Source: Verrucomicrobiota bacterium
GTDB lineage: Bacteria > Actinomycetota > Thermoleophilia > Gaiellales > Gaiellaceae
Reading direction: 5' to 3'
NCBI GenBank assembly: GCA_050258035.1
Contig: JBLMYA010000092.1
Location: 24,433 to 88,432 of the forward strand
Length of the DNA: 64,000 nt
The notes beneath the pieces were generated by a model. That model was not told the DNA's origin, did no database searches, and saw only the letters and a list, made by a program, of their open reading frames with translations. Shown here piece by piece: positions 63,214 to 64,000 of the stretch (its first letter is position 1; the number at the start of each line of letters is the position of its first letter). The position numbers were made by a program, and so were the translations under genes.

Positions 63214-63936
63214 GTGCCCGATCGCGATCAGCTTCCCGAGTCGCCGCGCGAGAATGTCGGTGCGCGGCGGCTCGGGCGTGTCGGATTCCTCGGCGTCGTC
63301 GGCGCCGGGGTCGCGACGCTGTTCTACGGGAAGACGATCTCGCACGCGACCGGCCGGCTGACCAACCCGATCTCGGACGCGACCGACCTGACCCGGATCA
63401 TCCCGTCGGGCGGCTGGCGAATCTACACCGTCGCCGACTCGATGCCGAGATTCGACCCTGCATCCTGGCGGCTCCGCATCGACGGGCTCGTCGAGCACCC
63501 CCTCGAGCTCTCCTACCAGGAGCTCCTTGCCCTCCCGAAGGCCGTCCAGCTCTCGACCTTCCACTGCGTGACCGGATGGATCGTGAACAACGTCCGCTGG
63601 GGTGGCGTCCGCTTCCACGACCTGCTCGCAGCGGCGAAGCCGCTGCCGCGAGCCGGAGCGCTGCATTTCGTCTCGGCCGAGAAGCCCTACGACGACTACC
63701 TGGAGCTGCGCCAGGTGCAGCTCCGGGACGTGATGCTCGCCTACGAGCTGGACAGGAAGCCGCTTCCCCGCGAGCACGGCGCCCCCGCTCGGGTGGTGAT
63801 CCCGGAGATGTACGGCTACAAGAACGTCAAATGGGTGGAGCGGATCGAACTGGTCGCGAAGCCCGGCTCGGGTTACTGGGAGCAGCGCGGCTACGACGTC
63901 AACGCCTGGGTAGGGCGCTCCAACGGCAATGGCTAG
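63214..63936 (+). CDS. Molybdopterin-dependent oxidoreductase (sulfite-oxidase fold, MsrP/YedY-like) with Tat-like signal
   Basis: 240 aa with an RRLGRVGFLGVVGAGVA N-terminus. Contains FHCVTGW, RWGGVRF and the C-terminal GYKNVKWV pattern. Confidence 0.75.
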   Translation: MPDRDQLPESPRENVGARRLGRVGFLGVVGAGVATLFYGKTISHATGRLTNPISDATDLTRIIPSGGWRIYTVADSMPRFDPASWRLRIDGLVEHPLELSYQELLALPKAVQLSTFHCVTGWIVNNVRWGGVRFHDLLAAAKPLPRAGALHFVSAEKPYDDYLELRQVQLRDVMLAYELDRKPLPREHGAPARVVIPEMYGYKNVKWVERIELVAKPGSGYWEQRGYDVNAWVGRSNGNG

Positions 63937-64000
63937 CGCAACCCACGCCGCCGCGCCTCGGCCGCGGTATGTCGAGCGCTTCACACTGACCGAGCGGCTC
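63929..64000 (+). CDS. Partial CDS, possibly a b-type cytochrome membrane partner of the Mo-enzyme
   Basis: The ATG overlaps the upstream stop (ATGGCTAG). MASATHAAAPRPRYVERFTLTERL resembles the RF...ER..HW N-termini of cytochrome b subunits. Only 24 codons are visible. Confidence 0.35.
   Translation, partial: MASATHAAAPRPRYVERFTLTERL

Noticed and set aside
1-64000. Search for CRISPR arrays, tRNA/rRNA genes, integrases or intact insertion sequences
   Set aside because: I found no regularly spaced direct repeats, no tRNA-like T-arm (GGTTCGAATCC-type) sequences in intergenic regions, no rRNA-like stretches and no integrase or recombinase ORF. The only transposase sequence is the frameshifted fragment at 46495-46669.

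Overview
High-GC bacterial chromosomal segment with Actinomycetota-like codon usage. A Thermoleophilia or Solirubrobacterales-type origin is only a guess from protein style. It is densely coding: I call about 65 CDS, with no rRNA, tRNA or CRISPR array. Most long ORFs in the six-frame track are GC-driven shadow frames. I chose real frames from protein motifs, signal peptides, Shine-Dalgarno spacing and hand-checked third-position GC.

The left ~45.6 kb looks like core genome. It carries purine biosynthesis (purF, purL, then four unrelated genes, then purM-purN-purH), reverse transsulfuration (CBS and cystathionine gamma-type enzymes), threonine dehydratase, glycogen debranching enzyme plus a GT4 glycosyltransferase, a BolA-monothiol glutaredoxin pair, a CDF exporter, an MMPL transporter, a divergent FtsH paralogue and a LAL-type LuxR regulator. 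Two parts of this core are not ordinary:
- (i) At 1-4702 an operon couples a Mo-hydroxylase, an ATCase paralogue with a non-canonical acceptor site, and two fold-type-II PLP enzymes.
- (ii) At 7961-13081 six consecutive exported proteins of unknown function include tandem paralogues.

The right ~18 kb (about 45.67-62.7 kb) is a mosaic accessory region. It contains gene remnants (Ser/Thr kinase, LigD polymerase domain, IS5-type transposase, BBE oxidase, GNAT), two OmpR/HK two-component systems and a MarR-cupredoxin-YcnI copper module with micro-ORFs. It also holds a family of secreted proteins built from ~88-aa two-cysteine tandem repeats plus a conserved ~130-aa C-terminal domain. That family is present as one 6-repeat copy, one 2-repeat copy and one dead fragment. 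Two of the three copies (the 6-repeat gene and the dead fragment) sit beside paralogous MarR genes. This repeat-protein/MarR/STAS/TCS neighbourhood and the PLP/carbamoyltransferase operon are my best candidates for undescribed biology.

All functional calls rest on by-eye motif recognition. No database search was possible.
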